This document shows positions 1 through 9,830 of a DNA stretch of 64,000 bases, in pieces; the stretch's first letter is position 1; each line of letters opens with the position of its first letter. The notes beneath the pieces were generated by a model, which had not been told where the DNA came from, did no database searches, and saw only the letters and a program-made list of their open reading frames with translations. Source of the stretch: a virus (Duplodnaviria > Caudoviricetes). The position numbers and the translations under genes were made by a program. The stretch is taken from positions 850 to 64,849 of IMG/VR virus record IMGVR_UViG_3300012096_000007; one strand, written 5' to 3'.

Positions 1-326
1 TTATTCTGTGGGATGGTTACACTACCATTAAGCGAACCATTTACAGTATGACCAGATGGTACAAAAACAAGGCCAGAGTTGGCACCGGCTGCTGGATTGA
101 AAACATTATAGGGAACCATAACATTAGCATTGTCTGGTGTAACTGGAAGACTACAAGAAGTTTGACTAACGACAACTACCAATTCAGTATTCGTGCTTTT
201 GATTATAGGTCCACTACCTTGTGTGGTACCAGCGCAAGTTATTTGAGATGGATTACCACCCAACAATTGAGCCAATTGCGCAGGAAGGCCAAGCCCCATT
301 AGCGCGTCAGCAGATGCTACAGGCAT
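1..326 (-). CDS. Virion structural protein, partial (runs off window start)
   Basis: ATG at 326 after AGGAG; open to position 1 (MPVASADALMGLGLPAQLAQLLGG...); G/S/T/V-rich; in late module. Confidence 0.7.
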   Translation of the reverse strand, partial: MPVASADALMGLGLPAQLAQLLGGNPSQITCAGTTQGSGPIIKSTNTELVVVVSQTSCSLPVTPDNANVMVPYNVFNPAAGANSGLVFVPSGHTVNGSLNGSVTIPQN

Positions 327-338
327 TAAAATGACTCC

Positions 339-1097
339 TTATTTGAGACGGGTTCGGGAACGCTTAGGCTCAGGTACAATACGGGTAGCATTAATTTGCG
401 CAGTCTGAGCATCGAAATTACTATTGGGAACAAATACACCACGCTTCATTCCACCACCTTGATTGGCCAGCATTTGCTGAACATCAGCCATGGTGACAGA
501 ATTTTCCTGATTGGCTTGGATAGCCTTAAGTTGAGATTGAACCAAATCAAGTTTATTCTTGAGGCTGTGAATCTCTCTATCCTTTTCATCAAGAGCTTGT
601 TTAAGCTGACTGGCCTTGACACCCTTGTTCGCTACCTCAAGGTAACGAACAGCTTCATTGACCCATTGCTGGCAACCCATTCCAATGGTTTCAATGGCGT
701 GAGCAGAGAGTTTAGCTAGTTGTTCAACGGTATGAACGCCAGAAGCTTTCAGGGCACCAGCGGTAGCCGGGGAGGCAGGAAATAGCATTTCTACCGGGGT
801 ACCCTCGGATACCTGAGGGGCGTTCTGTTGAAATTGCTGCCACTGCAATGGATAGCGGCGCTTTTCTAGGTCAGTTGCTTCCCTATCAACAATATTGAGA
901 CGTTCACCCGGAGGATGGATACGAACATAAATCTTGTCATCAAGCCATGGACGGCCGACTTCAGCTGATTTGGCAGGATTGTGCACACCCTTCATATAAA
1001 ACATCACAACCATCGAGGCATCCCCGCCTCCATAATTGACCACCCCACCCCATTCACCGACACGACGAATACTAGTATGACTTGAAAGTTCGTCCAT
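339..1097 (-). CDS. Conserved phage protein with HhH-like segment and coiled coil
   Basis: 252 aa ORF, RBS present, LKASGVHTVEQLAKLS motif then coiled coil. Confidence 0.65.
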   Translation of the reverse strand: MDELSSHTSIRRVGEWGGVVNYGGGDASMVVMFYMKGVHNPAKSAEVGRPWLDDKIYVRIHPPGERLNIVDREATDLEKRRYPLQWQQFQQNAPQVSEGTPVEMLFPASPATAGALKASGVHTVEQLAKLSAHAIETIGMGCQQWVNEAVRYLEVANKGVKASQLKQALDEKDREIHSLKNKLDLVQSQLKAIQANQENSVTMADVQQMLANQGGGMKRGVFVPNSNFDAQTAQINATRIVPEPKRSRTRLK

Positions 1098-1138
1098 AAC
1101 TAAACTCCTGTTAAATTACGAAGATAGCGCAAATCGTA

Positions 1139-2584
1139 TTACTTAGCCAGTGTCAAGTCCAATTCTGGCTTACCATGAGATTCAACGAATACAGTCAATT
1201 CTTTTGCAACCTTTTGCAGCATCCCATCCCAGTCACCGGGGACCGGTTGGGTAAACTGACGCAAGCTTGGATACCACGGGCTATCTTCACGGGTACCGAA
1301 CCAACGCCAACACCCATCCCAGCGGCTTAACAGCCACGTAGGCTTGCCTAACGACGCAGCGGCGTGAACTACCGCCGTATCAACTGAAATAACCAGATCA
1401 CAGTTTTCAATGGCGCAACATGTCTCATAAAAATCGTACATGTCTTCAGTCCAGTCCGCAATAGACATGCCAGCAGGTGGAGTTCTAACCTGCTCTGAAG
1501 GAACACCATGTTGAAGTGATACCCACATAATGCCGGGTATCTTAGCCAGTGGAGCCAAAACTTTTAAGTCAGTGGATCGAATGGCATCAACAGCAGCGGC
1601 GGCAACATTTGTCCTTCTACTCAAACCAGCCCAACAAAGACCAACTCTAATACCTTTAGGCAATTCTTTTAATCTTGCATCCCATGCATCAACATCACGA
1701 TAATTCAGGTAGAACTCTCTTCCATTAGATGGAATAGACTCAATATCCGGGGTCAACATTCCTGCCAAAGTCAACATAGGCACAGCATAATCAAGTTCTG
1801 GGATCTTCTCGCCAACATTTATAACAGCATAAATATCAGGAATAGTTTCAAGAAGGCGTTTTAGTTGCGGCCTGCCCTCAACAATGACTTTTGATCGTGG
1901 ATAACGATTAGCAAGAATATTTGCATAACGGGAGAATTGAATGATATCTCCCAAACCTTGCTCACCATACACAAGAATATTCTTGTTGGTCAGATCCTCA
2001 CCATTCCATTGAGGGCATTTCATTTTGCGTGCGGGTAGTTGATTGGTTTTCCACCGCCATTCATACTCTTTCCAACCCTCCTGCAAATGCCCCGCACTAA
2101 GAAGTGCCATACCGTAGACAAAGTGACCGTCAGCATATTCGGGATCAACAGTTTTGCTTCTACGGTAATAAGAAAGAGCTTTTTGAATATTCCCTTCATG
2201 TTTATAAGCATTTCCTAAAGTCAATAACGCTTGGGGTATTTCTTCAAGTTCGATGGATTGAAAGAGACTTCCTTTTGCTTTGACTATATTACCCATGTCA
2301 TAATATGCAGCGCCTCTGTTACAGAGAATTCGCGCTTTTAAAATTTTATTTTCTTCAGTTTCCAAAGCTTTATCGTAATTAATAATAGCATCCAAATAAT
2401 GCCCTAACTGTTGAATACAGGTGACACGATTATCCCAAATACGTGAAAGATATTTCTCAGCTTGAAGGTTGTTTTCAAATCTTTCAAGAAGTTCAGTTGA
2501 CCAAATAATTGCTTCAGACCAGTTTTGATTATGATATGCCATCACAAAAAGTTCTTTAACTTCTTCATACGTTTTACGCTGCAT
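1139..2584 (-). CDS. TPR-repeat glycosyltransferase (GT9-like C-terminal domain)
   Basis: N-terminal TPRs; motifs EQGLGDIIQF, RVGLCWAG, DLVISVDTAVVHAAASLGKPTW, DSPWYPSLR. Confidence 0.85.
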   Translation of the reverse strand: MQRKTYEEVKELFVMAYHNQNWSEAIIWSTELLERFENNLQAEKYLSRIWDNRVTCIQQLGHYLDAIINYDKALETEENKILKARILCNRGAAYYDMGNIVKAKGSLFQSIELEEIPQALLTLGNAYKHEGNIQKALSYYRRSKTVDPEYADGHFVYGMALLSAGHLQEGWKEYEWRWKTNQLPARKMKCPQWNGEDLTNKNILVYGEQGLGDIIQFSRYANILANRYPRSKVIVEGRPQLKRLLETIPDIYAVINVGEKIPELDYAVPMLTLAGMLTPDIESIPSNGREFYLNYRDVDAWDARLKELPKGIRVGLCWAGLSRRTNVAAAAVDAIRSTDLKVLAPLAKIPGIMWVSLQHGVPSEQVRTPPAGMSIADWTEDMYDFYETCCAIENCDLVISVDTAVVHAAASLGKPTWLLSRWDGCWRWFGTREDSPWYPSLRQFTQPVPGDWDGMLQKVAKELTVFVESHGKPELDLTLAK

Positions 2585-2681
2585 TTTGTGCTCCTGTTTA
2601 CAAACTAAGGGGCCAGCTTTTTAAGACTGACCCCTGCTGAAAGGCTATCGCGTAAAGCGAGCAATCCAATCGCCTTCCAAA

Positions 2682-3254
2682 TTAGGTGTTAGCAAGAACC
2701 GTTGGGTTATTAAGAATAGCTGTGTTTGGGCCAGCAAGCGAACCGGTCGCTTGGCTGATAACCATACCAGTGATGCTAAAACCGCTACCAGTACCGGGGG
2801 ATGTCGAGAATAAAGCACCAGCAGTTGCTGCAACGCTGAAAAGCGCGGCATTTGCTGTAGTGGAAGCCAAAGTACGGACATTTGGGCAGTTACCAAATAC
2901 CTGAGTCCAGAAAAAGGTAGCTGTTTGTGGAGCAGCCGGAGCAGGAACAAGCATGCTGCCCTGTGAACCACCAACGATACCAACAAATGCACCGACGTTT
3001 GAACCAGCAGTCGCGCCACCAGTTAAAGCAACAGACCAAGAACCGGGAACAACACTTACCACAACAGCTGAACCAGCTGGGATGCTTACCGAAGAAGTAC
3101 AATAAACCCACTCTGAACCATCTGTACCCCAAGCCAACTGACCAGTTGCAAATGGAGGACGAGGAATTTCAGGGGTACCAACAGCATTCAGAATGAAGAC
3201 TGCATTGATATCAACGCCTTCCATGTTAGAAGTATTATAAAGGGCGGCTGCCAT
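2682..3254 (-). CDS. Virion structural protein (capsid cement/decoration-like)
   Basis: 190 aa, G/A/S/T-rich, WGTDGSEWVY motif, own RBS, followed by a hairpin. Confidence 0.6.
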   Translation of the reverse strand: MAAALYNTSNMEGVDINAVFILNAVGTPEIPRPPFATGQLAWGTDGSEWVYCTSSVSIPAGSAVVVSVVPGSWSVALTGGATAGSNVGAFVGIVGGSQGSMLVPAPAAPQTATFFWTQVFGNCPNVRTLASTTANAALFSVAATAGALFSTSPGTGSGFSITGMVISQATGSLAGPNTAILNNPTVLANT

Positions 3255-3381
3255 TTAAGGCTCCTCATGTGTGAGTTGGAATTCTAAAAACTGAAGTCCA
3301 TGAATTGGTTTCCAAGGACACGCACGGGAAGTAGGTGATTGGTTTCACCAGTGTTACTTCTATGGGAAGTCAAGTAGTTCG

Positions 3382-3645
3382 TCAACTGACTAGCCAGTTT
3401 GTTCCGTTACAAACCACCAAAGCAGTTACAGCCCCACTACCAGCAACAATCGACCCAATAACTGGGGCCAAAGCATCTGTCACTTGACGAATAACCGCAT
3501 TTTGACCCGTATTGCAGGGTGGAAGAGAAGCTACAGAGCTTTTTGACACATTATTCGTACTAAAAAAATACCCATTCGTCGTACTATGCTGTGCCCAAGA
3601 TGGGCTACACAGTAGTAAAAATGCTGCAATAAGGATAAACCTCAT
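3382..3645 (-). CDS. Small virion-associated protein with signal-peptide-like N-terminus
   Basis: MRFILIAAFLLLCSPSWA start overlapping upstream stop; C-terminal VVCNGTNW. Confidence 0.6.
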   Translation of the reverse strand: MRFILIAAFLLLCSPSWAQHSTTNGYFFSTNNVSKSSVASLPPCNTGQNAVIRQVTDALAPVIGSIVAGSGAVTALVVCNGTNWLVS

Positions 3646-4082
3646 TGTGTATCTCCACTGATAAAAGCATGCGCACCTACAGCCGCTGAATTCTGAGTAA
3701 AACAACTTGCATTCGTGGAAAGAACAATCACAATTCCAATAAGAAAAATTGGTGGTGTATTAAATGCTGCTGTAAATGAAGTTGTTCCAGAAGGAACTGT
3801 ATAACATTTGGCTGGGGTAACAGCGCCATCACCGGGAACTGCTGTTGCATCAAAAATCAAAATAGTCCAAGGAGCAGCAGATAATGCACTATCTTGAGAT
3901 ACTTCAAAACTGGTCAGAACACAGTTTTGATTGCAAGTGGTTCTCAGAACCAAACTCGATGCCAATGCCGCAGTTTTCTTGACCACTGCACCGTTATTGG
4001 CACCAGAAGCTGCGGCATAAGCTTCCATAGGTACAAACAGCAAAAGAAGAGCTAGGAGAAGCTTTTTCATCTCTATCCTCAT
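3642..4082 (-). CDS. Virion-associated protein with signal-peptide-like N-terminus
   Basis: MKKLLLALLLLFVPMEAYA followed by a beta-rich domain. Confidence 0.6.
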   Translation of the reverse strand: MRIEMKKLLLALLLLFVPMEAYAAASGANNGAVVKKTAALASSLVLRTTCNQNCVLTSFEVSQDSALSAAPWTILIFDATAVPGDGAVTPAKCYTVPSGTTSFTAAFNTPPIFLIGIVIVLSTNASCFTQNSAAVGAHAFISGDTQ

Positions 4083-6436
4083 TATCGAATCATGAAGTGA
4101 CCGACATTACCAATAAACTTAACAATGTGCGAGGTCGTACCTAGCGTGGCCGTATAAAGGTTCTGATTATAAGGCGGCACATGCGGAGGCCCTAACCTGA
4201 CAGGACGCTGAGTTGGGTACTGATACTGATTAAACGGAAATGGGTTCTTAAACAGGTTCGGATTGGTCTGAACTGAAAGATCAAACGGTGCATGCGGCAC
4301 CCCAAATGGTTTACGCCAGTCATACTGAGAAAACGGAATAGGGTTAGTAAACAAGTTGATATTGAGTGCCTGATCCTGTGTAGGAACAGATTTAGGTACA
4401 AATGCCTTTGACCAATCAGACTGATTAAACGGAACCTGTACAGTAACAACACCATACAAATTAACATTATATGGCTGAGAAGTATCTACAAATCCTTTCA
4501 GTCTAACTGAAACAGATGTATCATAATTGAAAACAGGAATTGGATTCGTGAACAAATTTATGTTCAACGCTTGATCGGGCGAAAACGGCGCTTGTGGCGT
4601 CCGCAATAACTTGAGGAAGTCATACTGATTGAACGGATAAGGGTTCGTGAATAAATTAATGTTTAACGGTGGATCCAGCAGTGGTGAAGATACTGGCCTT
4701 CGAGAAATCAGGATCTCAGCAGCATAAAAAGGTGCTGTAACAGTCACCGTATAAAGTGACTGATTATAAGCTTGATCCGGAAGTACAGACGCACGGCGCA
4801 AAGGCACAATTGAACTATCAATATTCAAAAATGGATAAGGATTCGTAAACAAGTTGATGTTAAGAGGTGGCGACGGCTGTGGCAGCGTCAAAGGTACTTT
4901 AAAAATAGGCAACTGATCCGTTGCCAAGATAGGGAACGGATTTGTAAAGATATTTGGATTTAACGATACTGACAAATCAAATGGGGCATGCGGTACTGTA
5001 AACGGCTTTGACCAATCAATCTGATTGAATGGCAAAATTGAGATAATAACAGTATAAAGCGGTTGATTATACGGTGTATCAACCTGCGGCAATCCTGCCA
5101 AACGGCCCGGACGTGAAGTATCAATGTTCAAGAATGGAAATGGATTTGTAAAGATATTAGGATTGAGTGATACCGACAAATCAAACGGCGCATGTGGCAC
5201 GTTGAAAGGTTTCGACCAATCAGTCTGATTAAATGGAAAGAAATTCGTTAGATTTTGATTAAACTGTACCGATAGATCAATCGGTGCCTGTGGAATCCTG
5301 ACTGATTTCGCCCAATCATACTGATTGAACGGATAAGGGTTCGTGAATAAATTAATATTAAGGGGTGGCGATGGTTGCGGCAATGATAACGGAATACGAA
5401 ATGGTTTAGACCAATCAATTTGAGTGAATGGAATCGGATTGGTAAACAGATTGATATTTAATGGATCAGTTGGAGAAAACGGTGCTTGTGGCACACGTAT
5501 TGATTTCGACCAATCAATTTGATTGAACGGATAGGGGTTCGTGAAAACATTAGGATTAAGCGAATCAAAGTTAGGAGGCAGGCTTAATCGTTGAAATGGC
5601 TTCGACCAATCATATTGATTGAATGGAGTTTGAATTACAACCGTAGTATAAAGATTAAGATTATAAGCCTGTTGTGGCGTTGGCGGATAAACCCAAGATT
5701 TTAGCTTGGTTACGTGCGGTGGACGTGTTTGAGCCGCTGTACCTTGCAAAACATGATAGAAGATGGCAGTAGCATTTGGAAAACCAGCAGCCATTCCAGA
5801 AAATTGAAGGCTGGTCGTAGGACCAATAGCGGGATTGTAAATGCTACCATAAGCAATGCCTGAAAGCGCATTATCCTCATTAATCAATATTCCAACATTT
5901 GCTGCCGGAATTGAAACGCTTGCCGTGTTCATAACGGCCAAAGCCATATCACCAATAACAGTCGTCACCGCTTGAGGATTAATTGTATAAAGACCATTAC
6001 TTCCAATTGTTGCAGCCGTTATAGTATCGGAAGAGGGAATGCAATTGGCAATACTGGTAGTATCAGTACCAGTAAATGAAAAACAATCGATGTAAACTCT
6101 TTGATTTCCAGTACCTCCCGTAGTACCAGTAAAAGTAGCCGTTAACGTTTGATTGCCACTGGCCGGATTTAACAACCCAAAGACGGCAACCTGAACCAAA
6201 TTATCCGTTTCATTCAGAGGAGAACCAGGAAGCTCCGTCATCGGGACGTTGCCCCATTGCACCCCAGTACAGGCCGCACTAAGCGCAGCTGTATCACCAA
6301 GGGCCACCGCAGCAATGAGAAGAGTACCGTTCGGGCCAACAGTTAGCGTGGTGTTGGTCTGTGGGCTTGTAAAGCCAGAACCACCACCGCCAGCAGCAGT
6401 TACCGTTAAGGCTTTGGCATCAAAAAGAGCACCCAT
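4082..6436 (-). CDS. Fibre-like virion protein with tandem ~33-aa repeats
   Basis: 784 aa; repeats NP(Y/F/I)PFNQxDWSKPxxxPxAP...NxNLFT. Confidence 0.7.
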   Translation of the reverse strand: MGALFDAKALTVTAAGGGGSGFTSPQTNTTLTVGPNGTLLIAAVALGDTAALSAACTGVQWGNVPMTELPGSPLNETDNLVQVAVFGLLNPASGNQTLTATFTGTTGGTGNQRVYIDCFSFTGTDTTSIANCIPSSDTITAATIGSNGLYTINPQAVTTVIGDMALAVMNTASVSIPAANVGILINEDNALSGIAYGSIYNPAIGPTTSLQFSGMAAGFPNATAIFYHVLQGTAAQTRPPHVTKLKSWVYPPTPQQAYNLNLYTTVVIQTPFNQYDWSKPFQRLSLPPNFDSLNPNVFTNPYPFNQIDWSKSIRVPQAPFSPTDPLNINLFTNPIPFTQIDWSKPFRIPLSLPQPSPPLNINLFTNPYPFNQYDWAKSVRIPQAPIDLSVQFNQNLTNFFPFNQTDWSKPFNVPHAPFDLSVSLNPNIFTNPFPFLNIDTSRPGRLAGLPQVDTPYNQPLYTVIISILPFNQIDWSKPFTVPHAPFDLSVSLNPNIFTNPFPILATDQLPIFKVPLTLPQPSPPLNINLFTNPYPFLNIDSSIVPLRRASVLPDQAYNQSLYTVTVTAPFYAAEILISRRPVSSPLLDPPLNINLFTNPYPFNQYDFLKLLRTPQAPFSPDQALNINLFTNPIPVFNYDTSVSVRLKGFVDTSQPYNVNLYGVVTVQVPFNQSDWSKAFVPKSVPTQDQALNINLFTNPIPFSQYDWRKPFGVPHAPFDLSVQTNPNLFKNPFPFNQYQYPTQRPVRLGPPHVPPYNQNLYTATLGTTSHIVKFIGNVGHFMIR

Positions 6437-6437
6437 A

Positions 6438-7781
6438 TCAGCACCATACCTGCCCCATCAGGGTATAAGTCACCTGATAGAGATTTTGATTGTAAGGAGC
6501 ATCAAAAGATGGTGCACGTCGTACTGTAGTCGACTTCGACCAAGCAGTCTGATTAAACGGCAACGTCGTCACGACGACACTATAAAGATTCTGATTATAA
6601 GGTTGCTGTGGTACAGGTAAATCAGTTACACCCCAACTACTTCCCCCTATATTCAAGAATGGAATAGGGTTCTTAAATAGATTTGGATTAGTCTGAACTG
6701 AAAGATCAAATGGAGCTTCTGGTATTCGTAATGGTTTAGACCAATCAAACTGATTAAATGGGATAGGGTTCTTGAACAGATTTGGATTGATACCAATCTG
6801 TGGCTGAGGCAACCACTTAGGATTAATCTTGCTAGAACTCCCATCACCATTAAAAATTGGAATCGGATTCTTGAATAAATTAGGATTAAGCCCTACCGAT
6901 ACATCATAAGGTGCCTGTCGTATATCCCATACCTTTGGATACTCATAAGTATTAAATGGCAACGCAACAGATGCCGTAACACCAACACGCTCTGCAAGCA
7001 TATCCTCTTCTGGATAAATCAAAAAACAATAAGGCTCACTATGAAGAAGAGAAGCCTCTGCAGCAGTTAAAGTTCTATTCCATTGAGCGACATAATAGAT
7101 AAACCCATTGATGCCACCACTACCGCTATTACCACCGACGAAAATGTGATTATAAAGCAATTGATACGTCGATGAAGTAAAGATTGTAGTATTTCCTGAA
7201 AACGTACCGTCCTGCTTCCCATCTACATAAACACTTCCAGTGGTCGATGTAGCCGCATTGCCAATTACGGTATGATAAACACCAACGCTATTGGTATTTG
7301 CCGCTGTTATATAATCTTCAGGGGTAGCTGCAGAACCAGCATACTTGACCTCAAACAGAGTTGCTGTGCTTGGAACGTTAAGTTGAAAGCCAAAATTATT
7401 GGCTGGATCCATGATCGATATGATTGAAGTAGAAGCTGTCGGAGAACCTGTTGGCAACATTCCAACCGCAACAGCGTATGGGGCAGCAGTCATCAGCTTG
7501 GCTGCTTGCACAGTTGGAAGTGCTGCTTCAGCACCATCGCAGGAAGCGGTTCCTGCGTATTTATACCCATAACCTAATTTGGATTGTGCCCTACTAGCAA
7601 GAGTAGCAGTTCCGCCCGTTTCCACACCCATGCCACCATTGACTAAATCAATGAGTTGGCCACCAAGATCATAATTATAGGAAACTAGATTCGCCGCAAG
7701 CGGATGTGTCCAGTCAATACGTGGAACACTGGCGTAAGGCTTGGCTTGCCCTCGCCTGATATTGGGGACAAGTACCGACAT
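6438..7781 (-). CDS. LamG/concanavalin-like domain protein with ~33-aa repeats
   Basis: SVYVDGK and YVAQWNRTLTAAEA LamG-like motifs; C-terminal repeats like those of the neighbouring gene. Confidence 0.7.
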   Translation of the reverse strand: MSVLVPNIRRGQAKPYASVPRIDWTHPLAANLVSYNYDLGGQLIDLVNGGMGVETGGTATLASRAQSKLGYGYKYAGTASCDGAEAALPTVQAAKLMTAAPYAVAVGMLPTGSPTASTSIISIMDPANNFGFQLNVPSTATLFEVKYAGSAATPEDYITAANTNSVGVYHTVIGNAATSTTGSVYVDGKQDGTFSGNTTIFTSSTYQLLYNHIFVGGNSGSGGINGFIYYVAQWNRTLTAAEASLLHSEPYCFLIYPEEDMLAERVGVTASVALPFNTYEYPKVWDIRQAPYDVSVGLNPNLFKNPIPIFNGDGSSSKINPKWLPQPQIGINPNLFKNPIPFNQFDWSKPLRIPEAPFDLSVQTNPNLFKNPIPFLNIGGSSWGVTDLPVPQQPYNQNLYSVVVTTLPFNQTAWSKSTTVRRAPSFDAPYNQNLYQVTYTLMGQVWC

Positions 7782-7783
7782 TT

Positions 7784-8248
7784 TTAATACTGCGTTGGCG
7801 TCGGGTACAGATCGAGAGTATTACCAGAAGCAGCAAGTGCTTGACCAGAATTATTAATAAGAATACATTTGAAAAAACCAAGCGGAATAATGACGCCCGG
7901 AAATACTTCATCAACCACAGCTGCTGCAGCAGCTTTTGGAAACAAATTTATATTTCCAACAAATCCATTTCCAGAATAAAGAGGAGTTGTACCAGAAGTA
8001 TATGACGAGTAAGTTGCACCAGAAGCCGTTGTACTTGATGGCACCAAATAAACACTGACATAAGAATTTGCTGTTAATGCTACAGAAAGTGACGCAAGAT
8101 GCAAATAAAGCATGCCACGTTGAGCGCTAGTTGCGCCACCAACTTCAGGTCCATAAGCAGCACCGGCCCCGCTTGCAAGCGTGTTCAATTCCGTCGTCAA
8201 CAAATGAATGACGGTACCAACTGGGCCCCAAAGGAAATTAGTGGCCAT
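7784..8248 (-). CDS. Virion structural protein
   Basis: 154 aa, tightly packed in late operon. Confidence 0.6.
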   Translation of the reverse strand: MATNFLWGPVGTVIHLLTTELNTLASGAGAAYGPEVGGATSAQRGMLYLHLASLSVALTANSYVSVYLVPSSTTASGATYSSYTSGTTPLYSGNGFVGNINLFPKAAAAAVVDEVFPGVIIPLGFFKCILINNSGQALAASGNTLDLYPTPTQY

Positions 8249-8250
8249 AT

Positions 8251-8628
8251 CTAGCCACCAACAGTTGTATTAAGTATGGCTCTTGCACTGGCCGTGGCAC
8301 TCACCGCACTACCATTCACATAAGTAACAATATTATCCAATACAGTTTTAAGCGATGTAATCTGGTTTGCAGACAACGATCGCGATAATGTCGGGTACTT
8401 AGCAGGATCAAGTGGATGTGTAACATTTGGTGTACCATCCACTGCGCCATTCGAGCCATCCGTGTTCAATGCTACGGTGCCCATCGCATTAAGCACATTA
8501 GCTACACCCTGATCCGTCCATGCTGCATCAAGCACGACCATTTGAGTGTAGATCGACATCAATGCTGACGATAAACCAATCAACTGATTAGCAATTGCAA
8601 TGGCTTGAGTTTGTTGTGTTGCAGCCAT
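8251..8628 (-). CDS. Virion structural protein
   Basis: 125 aa, tightly packed in late operon. Confidence 0.6.
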   Translation of the reverse strand: MAATQQTQAIAIANQLIGLSSALMSIYTQMVVLDAAWTDQGVANVLNAMGTVALNTDGSNGAVDGTPNVTHPLDPAKYPTLSRSLSANQITSLKTVLDNIVTYVNGSAVSATASARAILNTTVGG

Positions 8629-8639
8629 TTATTGTTCCC

Positions 8640-9158
8640 TTACAGGACTTCATAGAAGAACTCACCTGACATCGCACCGGGTGCACCGACGTTAAAAGCC
8701 GACAGCAAAGTTTCTGAATTTGAAGTAGTTGCGGTACCAACTGATGTCCATTCCTCTTCAGAACCGGGGTTAGTCTGCCAAGTCATAATGCCACCAAAAG
8801 CATTAAAAACCAGATTGAGACGAGCAACGGTTACCGCAGTATTACGAACAGGAGCGGTAGCAGCCGCAACAAAAGCCACTGGAACAGTAGTTACTGCAGT
8901 AGCCGCAATATTAGCTGGACCATCAGAATTCGGTACAGCCAAAGCTGTTGGAGTAATACCAAGCGTGGACGAACGCGCTAAGCACATGGCATTAATGGCC
9001 GAAGACGCAGCCTGCCCCGCAAGAACTACCTTACCGATCTTTAAAATATCAGTGGCCGAACCTGCTTTGAGAGCCATAAATGAACCAGTAAGTGCAGAAG
9101 CACTATCCGCCTGTTGAGTAGGGGTAAACGTAGACTGTTGGAAAATGCGCTTAGACAT
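8640..9158 (-). CDS. Virion structural protein
   Basis: 172 aa, A/T/S-rich, RBS present. Confidence 0.6.
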   Translation of the reverse strand: MSKRIFQQSTFTPTQQADSASALTGSFMALKAGSATDILKIGKVVLAGQAASSAINAMCLARSSTLGITPTALAVPNSDGPANIAATAVTTVPVAFVAAATAPVRNTAVTVARLNLVFNAFGGIMTWQTNPGSEEEWTSVGTATTSNSETLLSAFNVGAPGAMSGEFFYEVL

Positions 9159-9181
9159 GGCTACCTATTCCTTTCAATTTG

Positions 9182-9469
9182 TTATGGGGCCATAAAGATT
9201 GCTAAAAGCTGCTTACCCGAATTATTAAATCCGGGCTTTTGAAGCAACCCATAGGTAACTACTTTTTCGGTCGTATCCTGCCAATCTTGGACTAGGGCAA
9301 ATTGCTGTGTAATGTCCCCACTAATGGAAAGGTCAAGCACCTGACCTATAACCATCCCCATTTCATGAGCATTTGGCCCCGCAGGCGACCTATTACATGA
9401 CACAAATCCTGTAGCAGTTGAGGTATCAATTCCAGGAACTGCAACAATAGAAACAACCCTTAGTGCCAC
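9182..9469 (-). CDS. Hypothetical protein
   Basis: 95 aa, GTG start after AGGAGG. Confidence 0.55.
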   Translation of the reverse strand: MALRVVSIVAVPGIDTSTATGFVSCNRSPAGPNAHEMGMVIGQVLDLSISGDITQQFALVQDWQDTTEKVVTYGLLQKPGFNNSGKQLLAIFMAP

Positions 9470-9470
9470 A

Positions 9471-9830
9471 TTAGCCTCCTATTAACAGTTTCATCGGTGA
9501 ACCCTCTTGAAACTGCCGCAACTCAGTGAGCATAATTTGTTCAGCTATTTTCTCAAATGGAGCATGTATATAATCAGGCATAGATGCTTTAAAAGCACAC
9601 ATATCACAGATATAATGGCCTGAACATTTTACACAAAAAATACGCTCACGAACTCTGAACGGGTTTTTTACCACACTGCACTTACAATGACTACAGGTCA
9701 TCGTATCAGCTTCATAGACCTTGCCTTCACGACACCATTTTGGATCATATCCCGCTTGACGTGCAATATCCTCAGGAAGCCCCGGTGATGCCCGGTGGTC
9801 TACCATCAAATATCCCATTTGCTTCGCCAT
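9471..9830 (-). CDS. Zinc-finger protein
   Basis: CxHC, CxxC and CxxC motifs. Confidence 0.6.
   Translation of the reverse strand: MAKQMGYLMVDHRASPGLPEDIARQAGYDPKWCREGKVYEADTMTCSHCKCSVVKNPFRVRERIFCVKCSGHYICDMCAFKASMPDYIHAPFEKIAEQIMLTELRQFQEGSPMKLLIGG

Noticed and set aside
4082-7781. Diversity-generating retroelement TR/VR pair
   Set aside because: No reverse transcriptase in the window, and repeat differences are not adenine-specific
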